Part shown: positions 1 through 7,960 of the stretch, piece after piece
Position numbering within the stretch: position 1 is the first letter of the stretch
How the letters are laid out: every line of letters starts with the position of its first letter
IMG/VR virus record: IMGVR_UViG_3300020048_000118
DNA from: an uncultured virus (IMG/VR IMGVR_UViG_3300020048_000118)
Taxonomy: Duplodnaviria; Heunggongvirae; Uroviricota; Caudoviricetes; Crassvirales
Reading direction: 5' to 3' (one strand)
Length of the DNA: 20,000 nt
Position numbers and translations under genes: made by a program
Notes under the pieces: model-generated
The model's database searches: none
The model's input: the letters and a program-made list of their open reading frames with translations, nothing else
What the model was told of the DNA's origin: nothing

Positions 1-1865
1 TTATAAGCAGGACTAGTAGTGCCAATACCCACGTTTGGAGATGATGTTCTTGTAATAGACATAGCATTATAGAATGTCCCATTTTGAAGAACGTCAAATG
101 CTAAACCTCTAACTAAATTATCATCAGTATAAATTTTAGCTCCGTAACCTGCATTATATATTAAAAAGTTTATACCTGCCGTGTTTGTACTACCACCAGC
201 TGCACCTACACTTATAAATTCATCTCTTACTGCTACGGAACTATTTTGATCGTATCCTACATACAATCTTGTTGACAAACCAGTGTATGGAGAGCTTGTT
301 GCAATACCTACTACCCCACCACTTGTGATACGCATACGTTCGGTCTGACTAGTCCACATAGACATCCCGTCTGAACCATATAATCCAAGTCCGTCCGCAT
401 TTCCTCCGTTGTGGTCAATAGGAGTAATACCTACACCTCCAGAGCCATTATTAGCAAAACCTGTACGTAGACGAATCTCTGTGCCACTATTTAAAGCACC
501 CATAGACAAAATTCCTCCTGCTAAATCTAAGCGAGTATCAGGACTAGTAGTACCTATACCTACGTTGCCGTTAGTATCGATAAGCATATCGTAACGACTG
601 TCACTATTGTTATAAAAGTACCATCCTGATGAATCTAATCCAATACTCCTTGTTTCGTATGGAGACCTTTCAAATAGTATACCCTGTGATTTTATACTTC
701 CATTTACATTTAATTTATAACCATCATCTGTTGTTGTACCAATAAGTACGTTACCGCCAGAGGTAATACGCATACGTTCGGTAGCCGCAATAGGGTAAAC
801 GTCTCCTGCAGTATATGATGTAGCAGATGTATGAAATGTTATACCCTCGCTATAATATTGTTTAATCATAGATGAATACCATCCACTATTAACGACATTT
901 ACTTGATTGGCAACCGAATTACTGGCTCTAAGATTATGACCAAGTATGCCCATAACACCAGAGATGGTCTGGCTATAAAAATTATAACCTCCAACATTCA
1001 ATCCCAACGGAGATGATGAAATGTCTCCATTAACATCTAACTTTGCCCCTGGACTAGTAGTACCTATACCTACGTTACCAGTTGCTCCTTTAATTCTAAG
1101 TACGTCAGCCATTGATCCACCGGTATTCATCAACTGAATTCCTAAATCAGCTTCAAGATTATTTGTTGGGTTTATATTTTGAAACCTTACTGTTACTGCA
1201 GCATCACTATAATTAGACTCTAAAAATGTAAATGGATTACCCATAGATGGAAATCCTGTTGTTTTAATTCCTCCATTCCATACGTGTAGTTTTGATGTGG
1301 GAGCAGTAGTACCTATACCTACGTTGCCGCTGCCATTAAAATAAAGTCTTGCTGTACCTGCATTAATTGGGTCACCACCACCAGAATTACTTTGATAAAT
1401 ACCAAAATCACTTGCTGCTAAGTTTGTTGTTGCAAATCCCCAACTGGTAGTACCGCTTGTTGACCTCATTTTAAATGTTGCTACATCTGGCGTTATAATT
1501 GTTATGCCATTATATGTAGATGCTACAACTTGAAGTTTATCTGCAGGACTAGTAGTTCCAATCCCTATATTGCCATTGTCTTGCATCACCATGTGCCAAG
1601 ACGTACCGGCATTGTTTCCGATGTACATCTGACCATTGTAGTAATCCATTTGAAAACCGTCTCCCCCACCGTCAGCAGCAAAAAGAAAGTCCCCTGAGTT
1701 TATAGTAATACTGCCACTAGTATATACAGGAGAGTATATAGTTCCTTCTACATGAAGTTTATAGCTAGGCGTACTAGTTCCAATCCCTACCGTTCCCAAT
1801 ACATAGGCATTCTGTTCCACGCCAAGGTTAGCCTTGGCGAGTATGTCAGTTATAAATTTTCTCAT
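1..1865 (-). CDS. Tail/virion fibre protein built from GNVGIGTTSP-delimited modules; truncated by the left window edge
   Basis: Not in the ORF track because no stop lies in the window. ATG at 1865 (MRKFITDILAKANLGVEQNAYVLGTVGIGTSTP...). The frame was spot-checked at about 740, 543 and 3 and is consistent. About 8 G-[NTV]-[VI]-[GL]-I-[GA]-T-T/S modules, typical of phage fibres. Confidence 0.85.
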   Translation of the reverse strand, partial: MRKFITDILAKANLGVEQNAYVLGTVGIGTSTPSYKLHVEGTIYSPVYTSGSITINSGDFLFAADGGGDGFQMDYYNGQMYIGNNAGTSWHMVMQDNGNIGIGTTSPADKLQVVASTYNGITIITPDVATFKMRSTSGTTSWGFATTNLAASDFGIYQSNSGGGDPINAGTARLYFNGSGNVGIGTTAPTSKLHVWNGGIKTTGFPSMGNPFTFLESNYSDAAVTVRFQNINPTNNLEADLGIQLMNTGGSMADVLRIKGATGNVGIGTTSPGAKLDVNGDISSSPLGLNVGGYNFYSQTISGVMGILGHNLRASNSVANQVNVVNSGWYSSMIKQYYSEGITFHTSATSYTAGDVYPIAATERMRITSGGNVLIGTTTDDGYKLNVNGSIKSQGILFERSPYETRSIGLDSSGWYFYNNSDSRYDMLIDTNGNVGIGTTSPDTRLDLAGGILSMGALNSGTEIRLRTGFANNGSGGVGITPIDHNGGNADGLGLYGSDGMSMWTSQTERMRITSGGVVGIATSSPYTGLSTRLYVGYDQNSSVAVRDEFISVGAAGGSTNTAGINFLIYNAGYGAKIYTDDNLVRGLAFDVLQNGTFYNAMSITRTSSPNVGIGTTSPAY

Positions 1866-1874
1866 CGAGTGATA

Positions 1875-3308
1875 TTATGCTATTTTGATTACAAGTACTC
1901 TTAGTGTGTTAATTGGTTGTGGTAAAGCGAATCCTAGTGTCACTACGTTTGTAGTAGTGCGAATCATGTCGCACTCGATATTATCACCAGTTGCTATCTC
2001 GTATACCTGCACCATGACGTCTAGCGTTCCCAAGTTATGAGTGACGACCATGCTAGTTGCTAAAGAAGCAGGCCCTGTTGCAGCGTACCTAAGTCCCGCT
2101 AGTCCAGAAGGAGTGACTACAACCGTGCTACTGCTCAAGGCGTTTACCTCAGCTGTAGTAGCTAGCTCAACAACTCCGACTGCGGTAGTCGTAGCATTTG
2201 TTCCAGCGATACCGATAGACGTTGTACCCGATCCAGTTACAGCGACCCCATTAGATCCTGTGATTGAAATGTTGGCAATAACATCACCGGCTAGATCAGC
2301 TGCAGTCAAGTACTCAACTACACCTCCATCAGACACTAAGTACTTATTGCCAGAGTATGCGGCACCTGCGTCAGCAATCGATCCAATCTGGAAAGGCTTG
2401 TCAACAGTTGACCAGTACCCGCCAGACTCGATCCACAAGAAAGAAACGTTTGGACTAGTTCCACGCTCAATCTCAATACCTGCGTTCAGAGATGGAGTTC
2501 CAGTCTCGTTCTTGTTTAATACAATGATGTTGTCACCAATCTCTAGCGTGGTAGAGTTGATATATGTAACCGTTCCGTTTACCGTCAAGTTACCACCGAT
2601 GGTAACAGTGGTACCGTTATCCGTGATAGTGCTATTTACTAGCTGAGACCCGTTCCACTTAGTTAAAGTGTTAGCGGTCAAAGATCCTGCACCGGCAAGT
2701 GCTACATCGTCAGCGTTGACCGTGATACCTGTCCCTGCACCTACTGTGAATGTGCGAGATGTTGTGATGTCTCCGCCACCTGTCAAACCTGCACCAGCTG
2801 TAAGTACTACAGCCGAGTGGTCAGTGTTACGGGTAGAGGCAGTGTCCAACGCTACATCGTCAGCGTTAACGGTAATGCCCGTTCCTGCTCCGATGTTCAG
2901 AGTAGTTGAGCTACCCAAGGCAACTGACCCACCACCAGTAAGACCAGACCCCGCTGTTACTGTCAGTGCAGAGTTGACCAACATTGCGTTGGTAACACCG
3001 CTAGCCTTAATGAACAATTGGTTCGATCCGTTTACTCCGATAGACGAATCATCGTACACCGTGTTTACAGTGATGTCACGAGTACCGGTTACAGATATAC
3101 CCATACCAGCCACGATAGACCTCAAGTCACCGCCTACATCGATCCATGCAGTTCCGTCCCAGAAGTAGATAGACTTGTCGCCAACACTACTGTCGTAGTA
3201 AATCTGACCCTCTACTGGAGTTGATGGTGCTGTGGCAAGGTTTTGGATCCTTGCGTTTTGTAGTTCGTTTTGGTTTAAGTCTAGGGAGACTAAAAATTTT
3301 CTTGCCAT
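1875..3308 (-). CDS. Gly/Thr-rich fibre or structural protein, 477 aa
   Basis: Repeated (V/L)TAGxGLTGGG and GAGTGITVNADDVAL motifs, a GNLTVNGTVTYINSTT...DNIIVLN...AGIEIERGT module, and a C-terminal THNLGT..V.VQVY domain. Lies between other fibre genes. Confidence 0.8.
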   Translation of the reverse strand: MARKFLVSLDLNQNELQNARIQNLATAPSTPVEGQIYYDSSVGDKSIYFWDGTAWIDVGGDLRSIVAGMGISVTGTRDITVNTVYDDSSIGVNGSNQLFIKASGVTNAMLVNSALTVTAGSGLTGGGSVALGSSTTLNIGAGTGITVNADDVALDTASTRNTDHSAVVLTAGAGLTGGGDITTSRTFTVGAGTGITVNADDVALAGAGSLTANTLTKWNGSQLVNSTITDNGTTVTIGGNLTVNGTVTYINSTTLEIGDNIIVLNKNETGTPSLNAGIEIERGTSPNVSFLWIESGGYWSTVDKPFQIGSIADAGAAYSGNKYLVSDGGVVEYLTAADLAGDVIANISITGSNGVAVTGSGTTSIGIAGTNATTTAVGVVELATTAEVNALSSSTVVVTPSGLAGLRYAATGPASLATSMVVTHNLGTLDVMVQVYEIATGDNIECDMIRTTTNVVTLGFALPQPINTLRVLVIKIA

Positions 3309-3309
3309 G

Positions 3310-3678
3310 TTAGTTTAGATATGCCTTGCCGGCGAATGATGATGAAAAAGTTATTGTTAAATTGTTTACGTCAATGAAATGAACGTCTCCTTCGACCTCG
3401 TTGTTTGCCGAGTCGACAACGCTCACTGATGGGAACTTGTCTAGCCCGTGGCTAACGTTCCATGTACTAGACGGAGCTCCTTGTGTGAACACAAAGTTCT
3501 TGTCCGTCCCTAATGCAGATATAGTTACAATGCCCTCGCCAGAGCCAGGACTGATGGTAATGTTAGCGCCGGCAACAATCTTAGACACGTACTTTGCGTT
3601 GACACGCTTTAGTATGTAGTCTATAGATTTCCTTACATCAATTAAGTATTCGGAGTATTTGGTTGGCGGCCTAAACAT
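3310..3678 (-). CDS. Small virion protein or fibre connector, 122 aa
   Basis: IVAGANITISP fibre-like motif and a C-terminal FTQ..PSSTWNVSHGL.KFPSVSVVD domain. Preceded by a TATCTTTG box. Confidence 0.75.
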   Translation of the reverse strand: MFRPPTKYSEYLIDVRKSIDYILKRVNAKYVSKIVAGANITISPGSGEGIVTISALGTDKNFVFTQGAPSSTWNVSHGLDKFPSVSVVDSANNEVEGDVHFIDVNNLTITFSSSFAGKAYLN

Positions 3679-3683
3679 TTACA

Positions 3684-3691
3684 CAAAGATA
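3684..3691 (-). promoter_or_regulatory. Bacteroidota -7 promoter box TATCTTTG, 5 nt before ATG 3678
   Basis: Exact match to TAnnTTTG; intergenic. Confidence 0.7.
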
Positions 3692-3709
3692 ACCAACTAT
3701 TGCGTTAGT

Positions 3710-3979
3710 TTACTTCTTTGTTGATTTTCCGTTTGACCCCTGCCTTGCTCGGTTTTTTGACTTATTCTCGAGCACCATCTTGCCATCTTTTTTGTGGCTC
3801 AAGTCAAGAGATTTTGAAGCTCTCTTGCCGTAGATACCTCTCTCTCGTGCCTCTGCGTTCAGCTCACTGCGATACGCTACGCGTTTCGCGGTAGACTGGT
3901 ATGCCTTCTCCTTAGAGTAGTCACGCCCTGTGGCCTTGTTACTGCCCGGCCTAGTGTTTTTCCCTGTAATCTTTGCCAT
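3710..3979 (-). CDS. Basic protein, degenerate HNH-like, 89 aa
   Basis: RDYSKEKAYQ...DLSHKKDGKMVLENKSKNRAR resembles small phage HNH-like proteins (D.SH...NRAR). Confidence 0.6.
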   Translation of the reverse strand: MAKITGKNTRPGSNKATGRDYSKEKAYQSTAKRVAYRSELNAEARERGIYGKRASKSLDLSHKKDGKMVLENKSKNRARQGSNGKSTKK

Positions 3980-4061
3980 CCAAGTACTCTCCTATAATGT
4001 ATGAAATTCCAATCGTAAAGGTAATGAATAATAGCCCGAACAAGAATCCCTCGAGCATCAT
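3951..4061 (-). CDS. 36-aa single-TM protein (MMLEGFLFGLLFITFTIGISYIIGEYLDGKDYREKH)
   Basis: Translated by hand. Start overlaps the upstream stop (TAATG). One hydrophobic segment. Confidence 0.6.
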   Translation of the reverse strand: MMLEGFLFGLLFITFTIGISYIIGEYLDGKDYREKH

Positions 4062-4207
4062 TATTTCTTCTTAGCTGTCTTCGCTGACTGTTTGAATGCT
4101 TTCGCTGTCGGTGCACCCTTGGTGCCCGGCTTTCTCATTGTCTCACCGCTACCGGCTGCAATGCGCTTCTTCTTAGCGTTAATGTTTGCGTAAAGTCCGT
4201 TTTTCAT
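4061..4207 (-). CDS. 48-aa Lys-rich phage protein (MKNGLYANINAKKKRIAAGSGETMRKPGTKGAPTAKAFKQSAKTAKKK)
   Basis: Translated by hand. ATGA overlap with the upstream gene. The GLYANI.AK..RI..GSGE.MRK motif is familiar from aquatic phages. Confidence 0.8.
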   Translation of the reverse strand: MKNGLYANINAKKKRIAAGSGETMRKPGTKGAPTAKAFKQSAKTAKKK

Positions 4208-4326
4208 CCTTGTCTGTTATATGGCTTTGAGCTGTTGTGCTTGTTAGCGTGCTTGGTGTGCCTGCGCAATTTCTTGCGTGGCTTTGCTCTGAAGGTAGAG
4301 ACGTTTGATTTTACCTTGGCCGCCAT
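4204..4326 (-). CDS. 40-aa highly basic protein (MAAKVKSNVSTFRAKPRKKLRRHTKHANKHNSSKPYNRQG)
   Basis: Translated by hand. TGATG overlap upstream and ATGA overlap downstream. Confidence 0.75.
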   Translation of the reverse strand: MAAKVKSNVSTFRAKPRKKLRRHTKHANKHNSSKPYNRQG

Positions 4327-4505
4327 CAGTTCTTTTTAAATATCCCTTTGATGTAATAGATACTTGCCAATACCCCTGACACGATTCCGATCAGGCCAAC
4401 TACCAATGAAATGATAGGCTGCCACGACGTGGCGAAAGATGCTACGGCTGCTACACCAGAGACGGTGGCAAGCGTGTTAGCTACTGAGTCAGTTTGTTGA
4501 ATCAT
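4326..4505 (-). CDS. Putative holin, 59 aa (MIQQTDSVANTLATVSGVAAVASFATSWQPIISLVVGLIGIVSGVLASIYYIKGIFKKN)
   Basis: Two hydrophobic segments and a basic C-terminus. Coupled to both neighbours and located downstream of fibre genes. Confidence 0.6.
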   Translation of the reverse strand: MIQQTDSVANTLATVSGVAAVASFATSWQPIISLVVGLIGIVSGVLASIYYIKGIFKKN

Positions 4506-4651
4506 TGCTCTAACTCTCCAAATTCTGGCTGTTCGTTTACAACTTCAATTGCCTTTACGATATTCGTAACCTCTACTAGGTTAAAGCAACCCTTTAATAC
4601 GGCTATATTCATAGCCTCGGCAATTACTTGTTTTGCTGTACTTATGTCCAT
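4502..4651 (-). CDS. 49-aa hypothetical protein (MDISTAKQVIAEAMNIAVLKGCFNLVEVTNIVKAIEVVNEQPEFGELEQ)
   Basis: Translated by hand. Fills the gap and overlaps both neighbours. Confidence 0.7.
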   Translation of the reverse strand: MDISTAKQVIAEAMNIAVLKGCFNLVEVTNIVKAIEVVNEQPEFGELEQ

Positions 4652-4968
4652 GGGAGTGGCGTATTTTCTGGTGAAACAGGTGGGTTGATCTGTGAATCGA
4701 TCTGTCCCTGGATTGACTCCTCGTAGTTGGCCACGGTGTCAGGCCCAAGTACTGACTTGATCCATCCGATAACGATATCATTTGTCAACTCTTCGTAAGG
4801 GATAAAGTTGTCTACGTTCACTGTGCTGAACATTGACGAGTCCGAGATGCTAGAAGAGTACTCTCCGTCAACACCGGTCACATCATAGTTTGCAATTACT
4901 ACATAGTCTTTCTCACCGTCAATCTCTTGAGTGAATAGCTGATTTACTGTCCAGGTATAAGTTGTCAT
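4642..4968 (-). CDS. Fibre-associated protein (possible fibre chaperone), 108 aa
   Basis: TYTWTV...FIPYEELT..IVIGWIKSVLG...QINPP...LPW pattern, commonly seen directly downstream of phage fibre genes. TAATG-coupled to the fibre gene. Confidence 0.75.
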   Translation of the reverse strand: MTTYTWTVNQLFTQEIDGEKDYVVIANYDVTGVDGEYSSSISDSSMFSTVNVDNFIPYEELTNDIVIGWIKSVLGPDTVANYEESIQGQIDSQINPPVSPENTPLPWT

Positions 4969-6800
4969 TATGCTTTTAATAAGATCTTGTATGCTGTTCC
5001 GTTAATTCTCACACTCCAAGTTGCATCAGTTACTACTGTCTCTGATGTTACTGCTCCTGCTGGAGTCCCTGTGCTACCTACTACAAATTGATTATTTGCA
5101 GTTGCTACTGCATCTTTACCAAGAATAGTAGAACCACTAAAGTTTCCCGATTGAGTATTGAAACCTAAAGCAGTATTATTGGCTCCTGATGTATTTAAAT
5201 TTAAAGCGCTCAATCCAATTGCTGTGTTACTTGCACCCGTTGTGTTTGACGATAAAGCACCATATCCTAAAGCAGTATTATTGGCTCCTGTTGTGTTTGC
5301 TGCTAGTGCAGATAAACCTACTGCAGTATTATTATTTCCTGTTGAAAGAGTTAATGCCTGATAACCTACAGCAGTGATGCCTGTTCCACTTGTGTTTGCG
5401 TTTGCCGCCTGATAACCTATTGCTGTGTTGTTAGAGGCTGTGTTTGCCGAAAGTGCAGAAGTACCTAAAGCGGTATTATTTGCTCCAGTTATGTTGTCTT
5501 TTAAAGCACTAGCACCAATTGCAGTATTACTTGATGCAGTAGTATTATTTAATAAAGCCTGATTACCTACAGCAGTATTAACTGTTCCTGTTGTATTTAA
5601 TTGAAGTGTATTAGAACCTACTGCTGTATTGTTAGATGCAGTGTTTGTTCTTAATGCTAAATAACCAAGAGCAGTAAGACCCGTCCCACTTGTATTAGTC
5701 AAAGCAGCTTCATAACCTATGGCAATGTTGTTGGATGCAGTGTTATTATATAAAGCAACAGTTCCTATAGCGGTATTATTCGCTCCTGACGTATTAGAAA
5801 ATAATGCCCTATCTCCTAGAGCCGTATTGTTATTACCCGTACTCAATTTCAACGCTTGATACCCTATCGCAGTTATACCCGTTCCAGTTGTATTGGTTGT
5901 AGCCGCCTCATAACCTACGGCTGTGTTGTTAGAGGCGGTATTGCCTTGTAAAGCACTAACACCAAACGCAGAATTATTACTTCCCGTAAAGTTGTTAAAA
6001 GAAGCGTTTACACCTATGGCAACATTATTAATACCAGTTGAGTTTCTAAATGCTGACCAATAACCTACTGCCGTATTACTATTACCTGTTGAATTACGTA
6101 ACGCTTGATAACCTATTGCTGTAAGGTTTGTTCCAGCCGTATTGGTAATAAGAGCACTATCGCCAAATGCCGTGTTTCCTGCTACGCTACCGCCACCTAA
6201 ATTGAAAACACTACCCGCATCATTTACTTGCAAACTTGAAAGTCCCGCACTATTCTGCACCAAAAGCGATGTCGTGGCGGATGTTGATCCGCTGCCTACT
6301 ACCTGTAATTTAGCCGTACCCGTAATTGTATTGATACCTACGTTTCCTGTACTCCTTTTAATAAATACAGTCGTACTCAACAAAGTTCCTGCATCATTAT
6401 AAGCACGTACAGCAAAATCACTACCTGCATTAGAACCACTTTCAGCAGTATTGTTAACGTATAATCCGAATCTTTGTAATCCTGCTGTACGATATGTGAT
6501 AATTTTACTCTGTCCTGCATCACCATCCATTACCATGCGTGTAGTAGCAGCAGTGCTTTTAAGATGTAAAATACCTAAAGGAGTAGTAGTACCAATCCCC
6601 ACCCTTTTATTGGCGTTGTCCCAATTCAAGCCAGTTGCCCCACCGATCTGCAATGCAGTGGTGGAGATGCTAAGCATTGTATCGTTTCCGGCACCGTCAG
6701 ATAGTGCCTTTAATGATGCTGAAAGTGCAGCGTTGTCTCCAAACTTTATTAACCCAGAGTATGTGTTCTGAGGAAGTAATCCGATTAAACTTGTTCCCAT
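4968..6800 (-). CDS. Fibre/adhesin with about 14-aa NNTA(I/V/L)G..AL..NT(T/S)G beta-roll repeats; probable start 6800 (610 aa)
   Basis: More than 20 tandem repeats. The start was moved from 6875 to MGTSLIG because a TATCTTTG box lies 4 nt upstream of it and a separate ORF occupies 6818-6958. Confidence 0.85.
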   Translation of the reverse strand: MGTSLIGLLPQNTYSGLIKFGDNAALSASLKALSDGAGNDTMLSISTTALQIGGATGLNWDNANKRVGIGTTTPLGILHLKSTAATTRMVMDGDAGQSKIITYRTAGLQRFGLYVNNTAESGSNAGSDFAVRAYNDAGTLLSTTVFIKRSTGNVGINTITGTAKLQVVGSGSTSATTSLLVQNSAGLSSLQVNDAGSVFNLGGGSVAGNTAFGDSALITNTAGTNLTAIGYQALRNSTGNSNTAVGYWSAFRNSTGINNVAIGVNASFNNFTGSNNSAFGVSALQGNTASNNTAVGYEAATTNTTGTGITAIGYQALKLSTGNNNTALGDRALFSNTSGANNTAIGTVALYNNTASNNIAIGYEAALTNTSGTGLTALGYLALRTNTASNNTAVGSNTLQLNTTGTVNTAVGNQALLNNTTASSNTAIGASALKDNITGANNTALGTSALSANTASNNTAIGYQAANANTSGTGITAVGYQALTLSTGNNNTAVGLSALAANTTGANNTALGYGALSSNTTGASNTAIGLSALNLNTSGANNTALGFNTQSGNFSGSTILGKDAVATANNQFVVGSTGTPAGAVTSETVVTDATWSVRINGTAYKILLKA

Positions 6801-6804
6801 TGTA

Positions 6805-6812
6805 CAAAGATA
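6805..6812 (-). promoter_or_regulatory. -7 box TATCTTTG, 4 nt before ATG 6800
   Basis: TAnnTTTG match. Confidence 0.75.
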
Positions 6813-6817
6813 ACAAT

Positions 6818-6958
6818 TTAACAGACATTCCACGGAGTGGAGACAGAGCTCCAAGCAACCGAAGATAATTCCCACGCAGTATTAGCAAAGCAAGATCCTG
6901 GAGGATAAGATCCAACAAGGCTAGCCCTTCCTACGTATATCCCTATCGATATGATCAT
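6818..6958 (-). CDS. 46-aa protein (MIISIGIYVGRASLVGSYPPGSCFANTAWELSSVAWSSVSTPWNVC); possible spike-base-binding adaptor
   Basis: Translated by hand. Starts 1 nt after the spike-base stop. Alternating hydrophobic N-terminus and a W-x6-W-x6-W tail. Confidence 0.6.
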   Translation of the reverse strand: MIISIGIYVGRASLVGSYPPGSCFANTAWELSSVAWSSVSTPWNVC

Positions 6959-6959
6959 C

Positions 6960-7217
6960 TTACCAAAGGGCTACGATGCTTGTCGCACTTGTTCCTGTAG
7001 CGTACACACGTGTAACGTTTACTGGGATAAAAGAACCACCAAGTACACCGGTAAATGTAACTGTATCTCCGCCAATTGTGTCAACGGTCAAGTCACCAGA
7101 ACCACCTACGTACAATACGCAGCCATTGTTGCTGGTGCCTCCAGATACTGATGGAATGTCTACTGTGTTTGATGGAGTTACCGCAGCGGCACGTCCAGCT
7201 TGTAGTTTAAAATTCAT
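6960..7217 (-). CDS. Head spike base-like protein (RcGTA Rcc01079-like), 85 aa
   Basis: AAAVTPS...LYVGGSGDLTV...GGDTVTF.GV..GSFIPV.VTRVYATGTSATSIVALW matches the family pattern as I recall it. Confidence 0.75.
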   Translation of the reverse strand: MNFKLQAGRAAAVTPSNTVDIPSVSGGTSNNGCVLYVGGSGDLTVDTIGGDTVTFTGVLGGSFIPVNVTRVYATGTSATSIVALW

Positions 7218-7221
7218 ATTG

Positions 7222-7229
7222 CAAATATA
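7222..7229 (-). promoter_or_regulatory. -7 box TATATTTG, 4 nt before ATG 7217
   Basis: TAnnTTTG match. Confidence 0.75.
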
Positions 7230-7257
7230 ATGATATTATACGACTCTGTCACATAAT

Positions 7258-7419
7258 CTACTTCTTGGTGTCTTTTGAGTAAGGCACCAGCTTGTTCAGC
7301 TTTTCCTGCCTCACGTCGCAACCGCAATTCTCTCCGAAGATGCTCTTTACCAGCATCTCGATGCCGGTGGCCTTGGTAATGGCGGCTACGGTGTCGCCCA
7401 ATCCCTTTTGCTTGTCCAT
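7258..7419 (-). CDS. 53-aa phage protein (MDKQKGLGDTVAAITKATGIEMLVKSIFGENCGCDVRQEKLNKLVPYSKDTKK)
   Basis: Translated by hand. The GLGDT...TKATGI...CGC..R.EKLN motif is familiar from phages. Preceded by TATTTTTG-N4-ATG. Confidence 0.8.
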   Translation of the reverse strand: MDKQKGLGDTVAAITKATGIEMLVKSIFGENCGCDVRQEKLNKLVPYSKDTKK

Positions 7420-7423
7420 GTAA

Positions 7424-7442
7424 CAAAAATAGGCTAAATTTG
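7424..7442. promoter_or_regulatory. Back-to-back -7 boxes: TATTTTTG (minus, 7424-7431) and TAAATTTG (plus, 7435-7442)
   Basis: Both match TAnnTTTG, and each points toward one gene of the divergent pair. Confidence 0.65.
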
Positions 7443-7486
7443 TTAATCTTTTCGTACCAAAGGTACGACAAGATTACTAAAATTAG
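7434..7486. repeat. 53-nt imperfect inverted repeat (operator or leader hairpin)
   Basis: Core TAATCTT-T-TCGTACC-AAA-GGTACGA-C-AAGATTA (7444-7476). The symmetry extends to 7434/7486 with few mismatches. Confidence 0.75.
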
Positions 7487-7492
7487 ACTCAA

Positions 7493-7960
7493 ATGGACTC
7501 AATTGAAATGGCCCGGTACGTCAGGTACCTGCCGATTATTAAAAGACTTTACATGGAGAAGTATGACCTGTCCTCCACACAGGTCGATATCCTGATCTTC
7601 ATCCACGGTACACGGACATTCCGCCTAAGAGTGCTGTACGACTTCGCGTCTACCATGAAGTGGCAGGCAAGGCTCTTCTCGGACATGAAGTCTCGTGGAT
7701 TTATTAAGTTCCACAAGGACTCGTCCCGTAAGCTCGGTGTTATCTACCAGTGCTCTGTCAAGACAGACAAGATAATGAAGGAATTGTTTGATCTGGTACT
7801 AGAGCAGACCAAGTTCTCAGATGATCCTGCTGAGAACCCGATCCACAAGAGAGAAAATTACACGCAGAAGTACCACTCCCTTTTCATGAAGAGGATCAAT
7901 CTAGAACGAGAACAACGTCCCGCTCAAGTATTATATGATACTGACGACTCTGAATTCTAA
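7493..7960 (+). CDS. Putative winged-helix (MarR-like) DNA-binding protein, 155 aa
   Basis: KYDLSSTQVDILIFIH...FSDMKSRGFI...GVIYQCSVKT resembles a wHTH. It is the only plus-strand gene in the late arm, and its 3' end overlaps groES by 65 nt. Confidence 0.6.
   Translation: MDSIEMARYVRYLPIIKRLYMEKYDLSSTQVDILIFIHGTRTFRLRVLYDFASTMKWQARLFSDMKSRGFIKFHKDSSRKLGVIYQCSVKTDKIMKELFDLVLEQTKFSDDPAENPIHKRENYTQKYHSLFMKRINLEREQRPAQVLYDTDDSEF

Noticed and set aside
2701..2890. Duplicated GCTACATCGTCAGCGTT... segment
   Set aside because: An ordinary intragenic peptide repeat (GAGTGITVNADDVAL) with diverged third codon positions.
409..6771. Plus-strand ORFs in the track (e.g. 409..594, 2041..2646, 2668..3168, 5158..5361, 6142..6402, 6451..6771)
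   Set aside because: Antisense shadows of Gly/Thr/Ala-rich fibre genes, with no independent expression signals.
1..6800. Diversity-generating retroelement acting on the fibre genes
   Set aside because: No reverse transcriptase, and no template/variable repeat pair differing only at adenines was seen in the window.
7214..7492. ORF-track entry, 92 aa, minus strand
   Set aside because: The 53-aa GLGDT/CGC protein in another frame (7258-7419) has a recognisable motif and a promoter.
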